A stretch of DNA of 64,000 nucleotides from Octopus bimaculoides (GCF_001194135.2 NC_068995.1:56583860-56647859); one strand, 5' to 3'; shown: positions 1 to 12,469, counted from the first letter of the stretch. A program made the numbers and translations. The notes: a model not told the origin generated them from the sequence alone.

Positions 1-484
1 ATGGAAAAGCAAAGAAAGAAGGGAGACAGAAGATAAGAAATGGATAGAAAACATGGAGAATTTATCCAATCTAGTTTTGGTAAATAATAGAAAGGAAAAA
101 ACGAAACTTTGAGAGAACTGAGGAAGAGAGAACAACAACAACAACAACAACAAGAACAGCAATAATGAGATAGAGAGAGAAGAAAAGGAAAGCTAACAAA
201 TATCTCTTCAAGAGATTACTATCTGCTGTTACCTTGGTAACCTCAGGCTGTCTGAGTTCAATGGACACTTGTAAGGGATAAAGGCAAGCAGACAAGTGGA
301 CAGAGCGCTTGTTGTTTATTTAGCCCCAGCTTATTCTAAAGATTGAGTTTCTCGGACACAGTTTGCTGGAAAACTGAGAGGACAATAGCATAAGGCATAT
401 ATGATACATACATACATATACAGACATACATATACATACACAAATGTACATGCATATACATACATATATGTTGTACAGATTTAC

Positions 485-780
485 TGTTTACTAGTTTCAG
501 TCACTGGACTGCAGCCAAAGTTACCATGCTGTGGTACCATGTGGTTGGGAAGCAAGCTTCTTACCACACAGCCACTCCTGTACCGGTATATATATATATA
601 TATATATATATATAATGCACACACGCATACGTTTATGTTTTTGTTGTCCCCCAGCACCACTTGATAACTAATGTTGGTTTGTTTACAAACTCTAAAAAAA
701 GAAGTACTGGGGTTGATTTGTTTCACTAAAACCTTTGGTGCCCAACATGGCCTCAGCCCAAGAAGGGAAACAAGTAAAAT
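485..780. mobile_element. Two partial family A SINEs (minus 485-580, plus 616-780)
   Basis: Reverse complement of the head (ttcttaccacacagccactcctg), and a 3'-half copy on the plus strand. Confidence 0.65.
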
Positions 781-800
781 AAAAAAAGAAAAAGTATAAC

Positions 801-1460
801 AGGTGTGGCTGTGTGGTAAGAAGCTTGCTTCCCAATCACATGGGTCCAGGTTCAATCTCACTGCATGGCACCTTGGGCAAGTGTCTTCTATTATAACCTC
901 AGATCGACCAAAGCCTTTTGAGTAGATTTGGTAGATGGAAACTGAAAGTAGCCCGTCGTATATATATATAGATATATATATATATATATATAGATATAGA
1001 TATATATATATATAGATATATAGTTGTTAAAGAAGAGGTCAAGTATTAAGGCAAGGCAAGGCAAACATCTCAAGTTATATGCATTATCATTAGTGAAAAA
1101 AAAAATTCAAAGCCTTACAGCTGTTTATGGGGTATTCCGACATCAGAGACAAATAGGGAGAAGGAGAAGGGTATAGATTAATGAAATGATGAAGAGGATA
1201 GGAGTAAAGGAAGGAGGTGAAGAGAGAGAAGAAAAAAGATGCAGGTATATATTTATGTGTGTTTGTTTCCCTGGCATTGCTTGACAACCGATGTTGGTGT
1301 GTTTATGTCCCTGTAACTTAGTGGTTTGGCAACAGAGATCTAATAGAATAAGTACTAGGCTTACAAAGAATAAGTCCTGAGGGCGATTTGTTTGACTAAA
1401 GCCCTTTAAGGCAGTGCTCCAGCATGGCCACAGTCACTGAAACAAGTGAAAGAATAAAAG
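801..1460 (+). mobile_element. tRNA-derived SINE family A, near full length, with ~220-nt insertion in its central microsatellite
   Basis: Head ggctgtgtggtaagaagcttgcttccc...ggttcaatctc (A/B-box-like), body caccttgggcaagtgtcttcta, central (TA)n, 3' part gacaaccgatgttggtgtg...ccagcatggccacagtc...gaaacaagt. The same family recurs more than 20 times in the window. Confidence 0.85.
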
Positions 1461-2809
1461 CGTACTTGAGAAGGACACCAATATTATCTGTAGCAATAAG
1501 GATATCACATGAAGAAGACAAGATGACTGTGAATAGATTCAGAATATGACTGAAGCAAAAATGGATCAGTATTTTGAATAACGATCTTATCCTTATTTAT
1601 ATAAATTTATATATATANNNNNNNNNNGATTGTGAGCCTGGTGCTCTAACTGCTGAGCCATGTACCTTCACATATAGCAAATTTAAATGCTAAAGGTTTA
1701 AATGGAACCAGAATTCTGAGGTTAACATCATATATATTCATATATAAATATAGTATTTGTGTTTCAAATTGTAGATTAACAAAAAAAAACATGAAAGTAT
1801 GCGTTTAAACACACACACACACACACACACCTATGTGGATCTATTATCATTTAAATGCAATTTGTCAAAAAGAAATTCTTCCTAATACGAATATATGATG
1901 ACTCAGCTGTAGGACATTCAATTATCAATACTGAAAAAGAAGAAAAAAAACGTAATAACAGTTTTGTATTAGTTTTGTTAAAAATAAAAGTATGATGGCT
2001 TGGAGAATGACAAGTGGGGTAACAAGAACGGATAATTTTGTGAGGACAGCTAAGAGTTGGTGAGTCAACTTGGAACAAATCAACATAACGGAGAACTCTA
2101 TGTAAAAATAAATAAATAAATGATGAAATAAATAAATAGAAACAAACATAAAAAATAAGACCTATATCATTCTAATGCTTAATAATTTATAATCTAAAAA
2201 TAAATAAAAAAAACATTATCGATATTGGTAACAAATAACATAAGTTTTGTTTCACGTTTTGTTTTATATAATATCTGTAAAAATTCTTGATAGTTGAATG
2301 CCCTTCATTAAAAATTACCTAAATAGGTGTTTTTTTGCTGTTTTTTGTTTTGTTTTTTGTTTCAGCTGATACCTAACATTGGCAAAAGTTGAATCCTCAG
2401 CAGTCTCAAAAGTAAACCTATCTTAGCAGACAGAGTCAATAATCTTTAATTAAGTCCCTTAGCGCCAGAAAAAAAAATAAATAAAAGAAAGGAAAAAAAT
2501 GTCAAAACTTATGGATTTATTCTAAATCTTAATTTAATCAGTAAATAAATAAGTGAAGAGATAAAACAGTAGATAATCAGACCAAACAAATCTGAAAACT
2601 CACCAATGGCTTCAACAATCATCTGGGTTTTCATTGAATATATTATTGTTGTGATTGCTTCATTAACTGCCATTTCAGATACCAATTTTTATCATCAGAA
2701 TTAATTAATCCTTTGGTAATTTCATATATTTAAATTTATTTATTTCACTATTCATTTATTTTATACAAAATTACATTTTATCTGAAAGTTTGCCTGGCAA
2801 TTATGTTCA

Positions 2810-2964
2810 CCATTATTTCTTCTTCTTCCTCCCTTCCTCCTCTTCTTCTTCCTCCTCTTCTACTTCTTTTTTGCCTTCTTCTTCTTCTTCTTCCTCCCTT
2901 CTTCCTCCTCTTCTACTTCTTCTTTGCCTTCTTCTTCGTCTTCTCCTTCTTCTTAACATGATTA

Positions 2965-3008
<44 letters not shown>

Positions 3009-3010
3009 TT
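2810..3010. repeat. Pyrimidine-rich (CTT/CCT)n low-complexity tract with an internal ~55-nt duplication, then (ATT)n
   Basis: cttcctcctcttctacttctt(t/c)tttgccttcttcttc occurs twice. Confidence 0.85.
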
Positions 3011-4079
3011 TTCCTTTCCTTTTCCTTTTTTTTCCTGAAGAGTTTTGGAGAGACTTTAACAAGTTTCACAAAGTTTACGAGGAAATATTGTGTGAAAATA
3101 TAATTTAAAAATTTTCCAAGTTTCTTTGATTTTGCAATTGTTATTCCATCCACCCAATTGTAACAATGTACCCCAGAACTAACCAATATTTTCCCTTAAA
3201 TTTTTCCATCCCTATCTATTTGGGTTTAGTTGTGTGTGTGTGTGGTGGGGGTAGAGGAGTATGTGGTTAGGATTGTGTATTCATGATTGTGGGATTGTGG
3301 TTTCAATTCCTGGACTAGTTGGTGCATTGCATTCTTGAGCAAAACCCTTCATCTTGCAATCACTTCAACACCTGGTGTACATCTGGTCAGGAAACATGGA
3401 ATTGGTGGAGGGAAGGAGTTGATGTACAATACATACACTTGATCACTACAAATAAATCATTTGTGCAGGTCGTTCAGCATGAAATTGCAGAACTATCTTT
3501 CTTGGACTACAAAAGACTACCGTCATCGTCCTCATCATATGTTTAAAAGTTTAAGAGGTTTTCACATGAGTCAATGGACCAAAACTGTTTCTCAAAGTTC
3601 TCAAAGCATCTTCTTCTTTCTATTTTATCAGTGTGTGTGTGTGTGTGTGTGTGAGTGGTTGATAAGCCTGCTTCTCATATTCAATAATTATAACCCTAGG
3701 CTGACCAAAGTCTTGTGAGTGGATTTGGTAGGCAGGAACTGAAATACCATCACACACATACATATATGTCTGCTGCCTTTACATCACAATTATTAAACAA
3801 CAAACAAATTGGTGGATTAACAATGTTGTTAGTGTTGGACAATTCCAGCTCTCTGCACTCTAGGATCAAATCCCACCAATGTTGGTTTTGCTTTGTATTC
3901 TTCCAGTGTTTCTGAATAAAGTACCAATCATGAACTGGGGTTAAGGATTCTTCTCATAGAATCAGTCAAAATAAATACATCCTTTACATAGTTGTTCAGC
4001 CTTGAGTCAACTCAAACGGATCTATGCCCAAAAGTGTTTCAAACTATGAATATTTGATATTTTTGTATATTGAGGTTTC

Positions 4080-4500
4080 CACCACAAAAAGGTCCAGTCC
4101 TTATTGTGGTATGGTGGCCTGCATGCCTCAATGACCCCTTGAGAGCTGTGCCAGCAGAGTACAAACTCTGTGTAAGGCCTCCCATATCAGGAAGGTCAAA
4201 GGACAGAGGCTAGACTAATACAGACTACCTATTCCCAGGGGTATAAATGTGTTTGCATAGGACCAACAGTCCTAACTCGAAAAAGAACAGAGTAACAGGG
4301 GCATCAATGATAATTCAAAAGGAACAAGATCTGGAAGAAGAAGGCCTTTCCTCAGGGAAACATGACACGGTGCAGCAAAATCTGAAAGGGAGCTGCAAGG
4401 AAAATCAAGGAACCAACTGAAGAGAAGCAGAAAAGACAGCTAAAAGCCAACAGTTGTGAAAAAAAACAAAAACAAAGCCAACAGCCTATGCTCCATAGAC
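4080..4500 (+). repeat. Unclassified interspersed repeat, copy 1
   Basis: Shares atgataattc...aaggcctttc...agggaaacatg...gcaaaatctgaaagg and gagaagcagaaaaga...caacagcctatg with 47640-48135. Confidence 0.6.
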
Positions 4501-4954
4501 AGTGAAGGGCTTAAAGGGTTAAGAAGGCCCTGGTTTCAGAGATTGCATCATTCATATATAAAATATGCAACATCTTAAACTGAATATCAGAAAAATAACC
4601 CAAAAATAAAAAAGACAAAAGACAAAATTCCATTTCAGAAATGATAGATGAAATCCATCATTATGTCTAAAATTTTTCATTATTTTCATTCGTTGTTTTT
4701 TTTTTTTTTTCCTTTGGGCTAATTAAGACAAATTAGTAGTTAGAGTGTTGTTATGTTGAGAAATATATGACTATATGAAAAGATAACAATAATTCTTGTC
4801 AGTTATCTGAATGTGTAGTGTATTATTTGCAGATTGTTTATTTGGATAGATTTATTTAATGATTCATTTACTTATCATCATCAGCAGCAGCAATGCATAG
4901 CAATGCCTGGCTATTGTGCTGCAGGAAGAAAATACTATGCACTGATATGGAGCA

Positions 4955-4984
4955 GATATACATACATATATATATATATATATA

Positions 4985-5057
<73 letters not shown>

Positions 5058-5208
5058 ATATATATGTATATATACACACATAGAGGGAGTTATGCAGATA
5101 AACACAATTAGGCTACACACACACACACACATATGCACTCACATATATTTACATGGACCACAAAAACACAGAAAATATGAAGAGAATACATTGTGCAATG
5201 TGTGTGTA

Positions 5209-5240
<32 letters not shown>

Positions 5241-5322
5241 CATATATATATTTGAGTGTATCTATGTGTATACATTCTTGAATGTATATTGTGAATATAT
5301 AAGCATATAATATGTATGTGTG

Positions 5323-5370
<48 letters not shown>
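4955..5370. repeat. Compound (TA)n/(TG)n/(CA)n microsatellites (representative; similar blocks at about 6230-6380, 7130-7246, 25510-25640, 25985-26300, 29760-30210, 39400-40090, 45770-46010, 57255-57830, 58260-58340)
   Basis: Dinucleotide runs read directly. They generate the [12 protein letters not shown] ORFs in the track. Confidence 0.95.
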
Positions 5371-5373
<3 letters not shown>

Positions 5374-5540
5374 TTTAATTCTTTCATTTGTTTCAGTCAT
5401 TTGACTGCGGCCATGCTGGAGCACCGCTTTTAGTCTAACAAATCGAACCCATGACTTATTCTTTGTAAGCCTAGAACTTATTCTATCGGTCTCTGTTGCC
5501 GAACTGCTAAGTTACAGGGATGTAAGCACACCAACATCTA
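5371..5540 (-). mobile_element. Family A SINE 3' half
   Basis: tttcagtcatttgactgcggccatgctggagcaccgc...cttattctttgtaagcctag is the reverse complement of the family A 3' part. Confidence 0.85.
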
Positions 5541-6461
5541 TCTATTTTCTTGACAGATAATGGCATGTGGCTTGAGGAAGATCTTGCTACTATTTCTCAA
5601 AATAAATGCTAAAGGTGCAAGCATGGCTGAGTGGTTAAGAAACTTGCTTTGCAATTGTGTGGCTTTGGGTTCAGTAGCATTCTTCCCTTTCATGGGACTG
5701 TCACATTAAGTTGACAACACTTTGGTTGGGAATTGTTTGCTGATATAAAGGGGACTTCTTGTTAGTCTGTGACCTATTGTTGATGGTCGTTGTTTAACCT
5801 CAGGTCAGGCCTGAATGTGCAAACCAACAATCATAGCTTTTCCACTCATGTCTGCAGCCAGTTTTGTTTTTTTTAACCTTTCTGGAAATAGTGTGTCTAA
5901 GACTAGATTCCTCAAAATAGATTCCCATTTTTTTTTGAAGATTGTAGAATGTGAGCTGAGGAGAGATTTGGTTGTTATTTCTAGCAGATCAAATGATCCA
6001 TTCTCCACCCCATCCTTCTTAATATATAGAAGCTCCCCAGCTTATTTTGCACATTAGGTTTGTAAGCTGGAATCTAAGAGAGAAAATTGTATTTGTAAAC
6101 ACTGAAAACATTGACATGAAACAAGATAATACAGGAATAGTGGTGGGGGGAGGGAGACAAGAGGCAACAAATAAGGGGAAGAGGGGGAGGAGTGAAAATA
6201 AAAGGTGTAAGTAAAAACAAAGTATTGATATGTATAAATATATACATACATAAGTATAAATATATACATACATACACACACACCCACATACATACATATA
6301 TATATATGTGTATTTATATACAGAGAGAGAGAGAGAGAGATGACGATGTATGTATGTATGTATGTATGTATGTATGTATGTGTGTTGAAATAGTTTAGAA
6401 AGAGGCGAATGGTTTCAACTGATAGGTGTATAGGTAGGTTATCAGGCAACATTTCAAACAC

Positions 6462-6544
6462 CTGTGACGTCGTGACAGTTTTGCTACCCAGCATTCCCGG
6501 ACCACTTCCTCCTTCTGCAGCTCACGACTAGATCTGTGCCATAT
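6462..6544 (-). other. Candidate exon of a divergent minus-strand transcript
   Basis: Acceptor ccgtttctaacag| and donor CAG|gtgttt inside CpG-rich unique sequence. Contains ATG at 6494 giving MLGSKTVTTSQ (phase 0). No recognisable protein. Confidence 0.25.
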
Positions 6545-7246
6545 CTGTTAGAAACGGTTTAAAAATAGGCCAGCAGCCACAACTGGAATCTGTCTGCCAG
6601 TCGAGTCGATCATGGATAAATAGATGATGATAGCTTGCTTTGATAAGATAGATAGAAAGATAGACGAACAAACGGTCAATCGAACGGGAACTAATCAACC
6701 GCCGTCCCCGCCCACTAGAAAGAGGGAAAAGAAAAGAAACAGAAAAGAAAAGAAAGAAAAAAAGGATCGTTGTTATTATTATTATTATTGTTATTATTAT
6801 GATATACAGCTAGCTGATTTCGATCGTATTTTGAACATGTACGAACGAGTATACGTATGTTCATACGCAACAAACATGTGCAGATGTATATAAGATATGT
6901 ACAAATATTCACAACTATAATGGTAAAATAGAGCGCTTCTCATCACATCGACAGACATTTATTTACCAAATTTCCAACTGGACTTTAATGTACCCCTTTT
7001 TTTTAAAAATCATTTGGACAGGTATATCGCTCATTATACATATACTCTTTCTCCTCGCGTATATAAATATATACATGTATGTACAGATAATTTGAACTGG
7101 CTGCGTTAAAAACAAGCGCTCGCGCGCATGTGGGTATGTATGTGTGTGCGTATGTGTGTGTGTGGCTTGCATGTGCGTGTTTATATATATATATATATAT
7201 ATATACATCTATACTATAATATAGTATATATATATATATATATATA

Positions 7247-8083
7247 NNNNNNNNNNNNNNNNNNNNNNNNNNNNNNNNNNNNNNNNNNNNNNNNNNNNNN
7301 NNNNNNNNNNNNNNNNNNNNNNNNNNNNNNNNNNNNNNNNNNNNNNNNNNNNNNNNNNNNNNNNNNNNNNNNNNNNNNNNNNNNNNNNNNNNNNNNNNNN
7401 NNNNNNNNNNNNNNNNNNNNNNNNNNNNNNNNNNNNNNNNNNNNNNNNNNNNNNNNNNNNNNNNNNNNNNNNNNNNNNNNNNNNNNNNNNNNNNNNNNNN
7501 NNNNNNNNNNNNNNNNNNNNNNNNNNNNNNNNNNNNNNNNNNNNNNNNNNNNNNNNNNNNNNNNNNNNNNNNNNNNNNNNNNNNNNNNNNNNNNNNNNNN
7601 NNNNNNNNNNNNNNNNNNNNNNNNNNNNNNNNNNNNNNNNNNNNNNNNNNNNNNNNNNNNNNNNNNNNNNNNNNNNNNNNNNNNNNNNNNNNNNNNNNNN
7701 NNNNNNNNNNNNNNNNNNNNNNNNNNNNNNNNNNNNNNNNNNNNNNNNNNNNNNNNNNNNNNNNNNNNNNNNNNNNNNNNNNNNNNNNNNNNNNNNNNNN
7801 NNNNNNNNNNNNNNNNNNNNNNNNNNNNNNNNNNNNNNNNNNNNNNNNNNNNNNNNNNNNNNNNNNNNNNNNNNNNNNNNNNNNNNNNNNNNNNNNNNNN
7901 NNNNNNNNNNNNNNNNNNNNNNNNNNNNNNNNNNNNNNNNNNNNNNNNNNNNNNNNNNNNNNNNNNNNNNNNNNNNNNNNNNNNNNNNNNNNNNNNNNNN
8001 NNNNNNNNNNNNNNNNNNNNNNNNNNNNNNNNNNNNNNNNNNNNNNNNNNNNNNNNNNNNNNNNNNNNNNNNNNNNNNNNNNN
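7247..8083. other. Assembly gap (N run); other large gaps at 19339-19606, 37089-37197, 40338-40749, 45171-45769, 57518-57651, 58341-58674, 61262-61696
   Basis: N runs, mostly flanked by (TA)n microsatellites. Confidence 0.99.
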
Positions 8084-8269
8084 TATATACATGCTATGTC
8101 ATGTTTATTTTAAACGATTGTTATTATTATTATTATTATTGTCACTACTATTTGTTTCTTCTCGATGTATATACATACAAGCAAAGAGATTTTGTTTTTA
8201 TATATAAGGATGTACGTAACTTTAGAATCAACTTCCAAATTCTGTTATAGTTGTTTAATAGCTAAGGCG

Positions 8270-8830
8270 TGGCATTACGCATATCTGGTATGTGGACGTG
8301 TACATGTCTATAAATGAATAAATGGGAAAGAATAAGAGAGAGAGAGAGAGAGAAAGGAAGAGAAAGCGAGCGGAAGAAGATAGATTATAGAAGCCGAGAT
8401 CTCCAGATCTGTGAACTGACTCACAGATCCACTTGCTCTCTATGTATCTGGTTGGCAGTCAGTTAGATAATACTTACTGCTGCCTCGAAGGCAGCTGCTT
8501 ATTTCACTTGTTCTCTATTTTCTGCTGTTATTTTATTCACTTTAAGTATTCACCAAAAAAAAATAATAATTTTAAAAAAATATAAAAAAATACGTAAAAA
8601 TCAACTTTGAAATTATAATTAGAGGACACACGTTCCCCGAAACCAAACACCGGCGCGAACCGCATTATAGTTATTTAAGATTCTTTCTTCGTTTTTTTTT
8701 TGTTTTTTTTTTTCAAATTATGATTCTTTTAGGACGTCTGGAGTTGACACCGTCTTGAAAGTTACCGACCATGCCTGAGCATCACATTGTGTGAAATGCT
8801 ATGGCTGAACGTCTGATGGTTTTCCCCAGT
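8270..8830. promoter_or_regulatory. CpG-enriched putative promoter / 5' exon region upstream of the BEN gene, possibly bidirectional
   Basis: Non-repeat sequence with many CpGs (e.g. cacgttccccgaaaccaaacaccggcgcgaaccgc) in otherwise CpG-poor DNA, about 2 kb upstream of the first coding exon. A minus-strand donor CA|GTAAGT lies at 8478/8477. Confidence 0.45.
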
Positions 8831-8999
8831 TGTACAGCTGTTCCGATCTTTGCTTAGACTGTAAAAATTAAATACTTTCTAACGCTACTACCACCATTAC
8901 CACAATCATCATCATCATCATCATCATCATCGTCGTCGTTTAACGTCCGCTTTCCATGCTAGCATGGGTTGGACGATAATAATGATTATTATTATTATT

Positions 9000-9190
9000 A
9001 AGGCGGCGATCTGGCAGAATCGTTAGCATGCCGGACAAAATGCTTCGTGCTTTACGTTCTGAGTTCAAATGCTGCCAACGTCAACTTTGCCTTTCATCCT
9101 TTTGGGGTCGATAAAATAAATACCATAGCCCCCCCTTCCCCCCAATTTCAGGCCTTGTGCCTATAGTAGAAAGGATTATTATTATTAATA
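9000..9190 (+). mobile_element. tRNA-derived SINE family B
   Basis: aaggcggcgatctggcagaatcgttagc...gagttcaaat...ctttgcctttcatccttttggggtcgataaaata...ggccttgtgcc...(ATT)n tail. Confidence 0.85.
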
Positions 9191-9940
9191 GTAGTAGTAT
9201 TGCTGCTGCTACTACTAATTAGTACATATGGAATTGGTACAATATGTTATTAATGATTCCACTAGTGTATAGTAGAAGCATGAAATAAATCAACATGCTG
9301 TTGAGGAAGGTTTATAGAACTATGTATGAAGCTGGTCTTAAATAGCCATTTGGTAATTATGCAAGATCCTCTACAGGGGGGGGGGAGACACTTTTAAGAA
9401 ATCATGAATTTATATTGTATCTGACATATTTACCTATGTTTGTCCATGTTTTACATGTATACGTGTGTGTGTGTGTGTAAAAATCATGCACACACACACA
9501 CAAAGGTACACTACTGACTTTCTGGACACTAATTGTCAGGAACTTATAATCTGCACCAGTTTACGAGCAGGGAATTCAAATTCTCACAGCCACAGCTTAC
9601 TCGTACTTTGCACAGTTCGGTATTAATAAACTTGTGTCATTTATACTAATGTAGAGGTATTACATCGAAGTAAATTTAATATTTCTTTAATTTTAGAGTG
9701 TGTTGACCAAGGAGACTACCTCTGGTTTGGAAAAATCAAAAGGTTTTGGAGCTAAAGGTTCTCGAAAATTGATGTGGTACTTGTGGTTCTGGAAATTGAT
9801 GTGTGTGTGTGTGTGTATATATTTAATTTGATTGTACAAGCATTAATTTTTTTTAAACAGAGAATCACTGGTATTTTACTTGCGGTTCTAGAGATTGGTT
9901 TGAGTTCTCATGAAAGTAAAATATTTTTATCATATTTGAT

Positions 9941-10164
9941 TTAATGCCTTAGCGATTAAACAAGCCTTATCCAGCCAAAATATTGTACCTACTCTCTGTT
10001 CAAACTGATCAGATCTAGTCCCTCACACTTACCCTACAATGTTATTCTAAAAATAAATAAGCACATCACTGAAATCTTGAAGCTAAGAGATAATGCAGGA
10101 TTAATTCAAAGCAATGTAAATAAATATAAGATTTGAGAGAATCAAGTGAATGCTAATGGGTTAA
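9941..10164 (-). mobile_element. ~220-bp TTAA-flanked MITE (piggyBac-like termini)
   Basis: Ends ttaa...gaatgctaatggg|ttaa. Homologous to the copies at 13764-13960, 16375-16593 and 22505-22720. The superfamily is inferred from TTAA + CCC/GGG ends only. Confidence 0.65.
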
Positions 10165-10883
10165 CTTGAAAGTAAAACTATTCTGCTTTAATATGGAATT
10201 GGATATTAATCTTTTGTTTGTTTTGTTTTAAAGTCTATGTATTCAGGGAATACATTAACTTGATATCAACAAGCTGGACCCTTTGTCTGCATAATTAAAT
10301 TTCATGGTCATTCCCTTAATGATGTTAATTATCCAACAAAACATATAATTGATGTTTTCTGCAATGCTTTTTCAGTAACTCCTCTAAATACAGTTTTCAT
10401 ATGAACCACTAAAAGTATTTAAAGTTGATATTAGCATGGCTTGCACATTTCACAAGTTTGCTAGATCTGCAAATCCTTAGCTGTATATTCTTAAGCCATA
10501 TTTATTTCCTTCCACAAACCTTACTGAGAATAGATATAATTTAGGCTAATAATTTGAGAGAGAAAATAAAGCTAAAGCAAGCTAGTTAAGGTATTTTATC
10601 CCAACCTGTATTAAGATTTAACTCTTGAATGTAGCAATTAACCACAGAGCCAGTGCAGGTGTACCAGCTTGATTTTTAAAAAAATTTTATCTTCTGGTGA
10701 TAAGATAGTAAAAGCTAGGATTTTATAGCTATGCTATCAGCAGAAGTTGTGGTTAATTCAGGACCATAAATATAGTCTACACCAGTTAATGTGAAACATT
10801 TGTTGTGTGACGGATAATATTTTAGAAAACTGTTTCATTTGCCACTCTTTATTGCTTCTGTTCCTCTCCGTCTCTTTCAGGAA

Positions 10884-10964
10884 ATGGACAGTTTGAAGGT
10901 AAATCCATGCTGCATTGAAGTTTTAGAACAAGTGTTGGCCATTCTCAAGAAACATGTTTCCAAC
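10884..10964 (+). CDS. BEN-domain protein, first coding exon (MDSLKVNPCCIEVLEQVLAILKKHVSN)
   Basis: Acceptor ctccgtctctttcag|GAA at 10881, ATG at 10884 in gaaATGg context, donor AAC|gtaagt after 10964. The 84-nt exon is open and phase 0/0, compatible with the next exon. The start codon is inferred; an upstream coding exon cannot be excluded. Confidence 0.75.
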
Positions 10965-12118
10965 GTAAGTTTTTATTATGGAGCTTCTATTGGACTGAAG
11001 AATTTTTTATTAGTGTATTTAGCCTTCATTAGTAACTAGTTCAAAAGAAATGTTTATAAAAAAAAAAGAAACCAAAAAAACAAAAAAAAACCTGGAAATG
11101 GCTGAGAACAGAAAAAAAAAAGAAAAGGAAAATGAAATAAAACGTCAGAGTTTCTCTCTTTTTTCTTTTTTAACGTTTCTGCATCACACGTATTAAGATA
11201 GTGAATTAGTGTCATCTGAACGTATGTGAATGTATTGCAGCTATCGTCTACCCAAGTATATATTTATGTAAATATGTTCTGACTGTCAATTGGCACTGGG
11301 AACAACTAGTTTTCATCAGATCACTGATGTGAAGCAATGTAGTGCCGAGCTGATCGGTAGATGGGTTTCCATTTAGGAAAACCATTCTCTGTGAGTTGTA
11401 GATAACAAATTTAAGCTTGAATCTACTCAATCTGCTGCTTGTCAGTGTCATAAAATATTAGAAAAATACCTACAGACCCTTTAACATAACTTGTTGCTAA
11501 GCTGGTATTTAGATGGATAATATCTAACTTGCAAACTTGTATTGTATGCAAAAAAAGATCATGTTTAAACATAATGAAGATATAATCTTTTTCCCATTAA
11601 GCTATGAAAACTGTCTCAAAGCGTGAAAAAAAAAAATTATGTGAATATCCCTTCAGGTAGAGTAATGGGCAGAAATATATATGAATATCATCAACACCAT
11701 TGTAGTGTCCACATGCTTGCATGGGTTGAACCGAATTTGTTGAGGTGGATGTTTTATGGTTGGATGCCTTTCCAGTTGCCAACCCCTCACTTCTTTCCGA
11801 GTTGGGCAATATTTCCTAATGGCCAGATGTAATTTCATGGAAGATTGGAAACAAAGGGTACTGGTTGCATGGCAGTGTAATTTGCATACAACTAGCAGGC
11901 GATGATGTTGAGGCAAGGAAACAGTAATGCACACACACATACCCATGTGATCAAACGGATTCCAAAGAGGCTGGTGTTGGTCTACATCGACAAGACTTAC
12001 ATTATACTGTAAAATCAATAAAAAGAGAAGAATGAGATTTTGGCAATTCGGACAGAGTACTTCTTCAGGGAAAAGTTGGAAGGAGAGAAATTAATGAGAG
12101 ACAGCAGAGTTTTATGTC

Positions 12119-12179
<61 letters not shown>

Positions 12180-12229
12180 GCTTTACTTTGCCATGTTTTA
12201 GTGACATGGTGGGGTGGGGTAATAAATAA

Positions 12230-12362
12230 AGCTCGCTCACAAGGTATTAGTTGACCCACAGCCCTAGGAGAAGACGCTTACCCAAGGTGCCACACACTGG
12301 GATTGAACCTAAAACCACACGCTTGCAAAGTGACTTCTTAACCAAACAGTTATGCCTGTACC
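12230..12362 (-). mobile_element. Family A SINE 5' part
   Basis: cccaaggtgccacacactgggattgaacc...cttcttaaccaaacagttatgcctg is the reverse complement of the head. Confidence 0.7.
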
Positions 12363-12469
12363 CAGAACTGTTTTATTTTTCTTATTAATCAAATGATGGT
12401 TAATAAGTATGAGGGCAGTAGTGTGTGTGTGTATGTGGATATATATATATATAAATATATACACACTTG

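Noticed and set aside
801-870. tRNA-like sequences at SINE heads
   Set aside because: They have A/B-box-like motifs but no complete cloverleaf and continue into SINE bodies, so they are not tRNA genes.
4834-5424. Numerous ORFs rich in YI/CV/HT dipeptides (also near 25.9, 29.9, 37.6, 39.6, 48.4, 52.6, 57.2 kb)
   Set aside because: They are translations of (TA)n, (TG)n and (CA)n microsatellites, which lack stops in some frames.
5805-6057. Overlapping 67-80 aa ORFs on both strands
   Set aside because: No recognisable motif and no consistent splice chain; not supportable as CDS.
7128-8207. Long ORFs of 170-360 aa containing X runs (also at 40.2, 45.1, 57.2, 58.1, 61.2 kb)
   Set aside because: They are open only because they cross N gaps.
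8732-8860. ATG-containing segment as first coding exon of the BEN gene
   Set aside because: All ATG frames stop quickly or lack a credible phase-0 donor; at most a 5'UTR exon.
9697-9940. Open frame after ttttag (SVLTKETTSGLEKSKGFGAKGSRKLM...) as an extra BEN-gene exon
   Set aside because: No good donor in compatible phase; it contains a local duplication and (TG)n and looks like repeat remnants.
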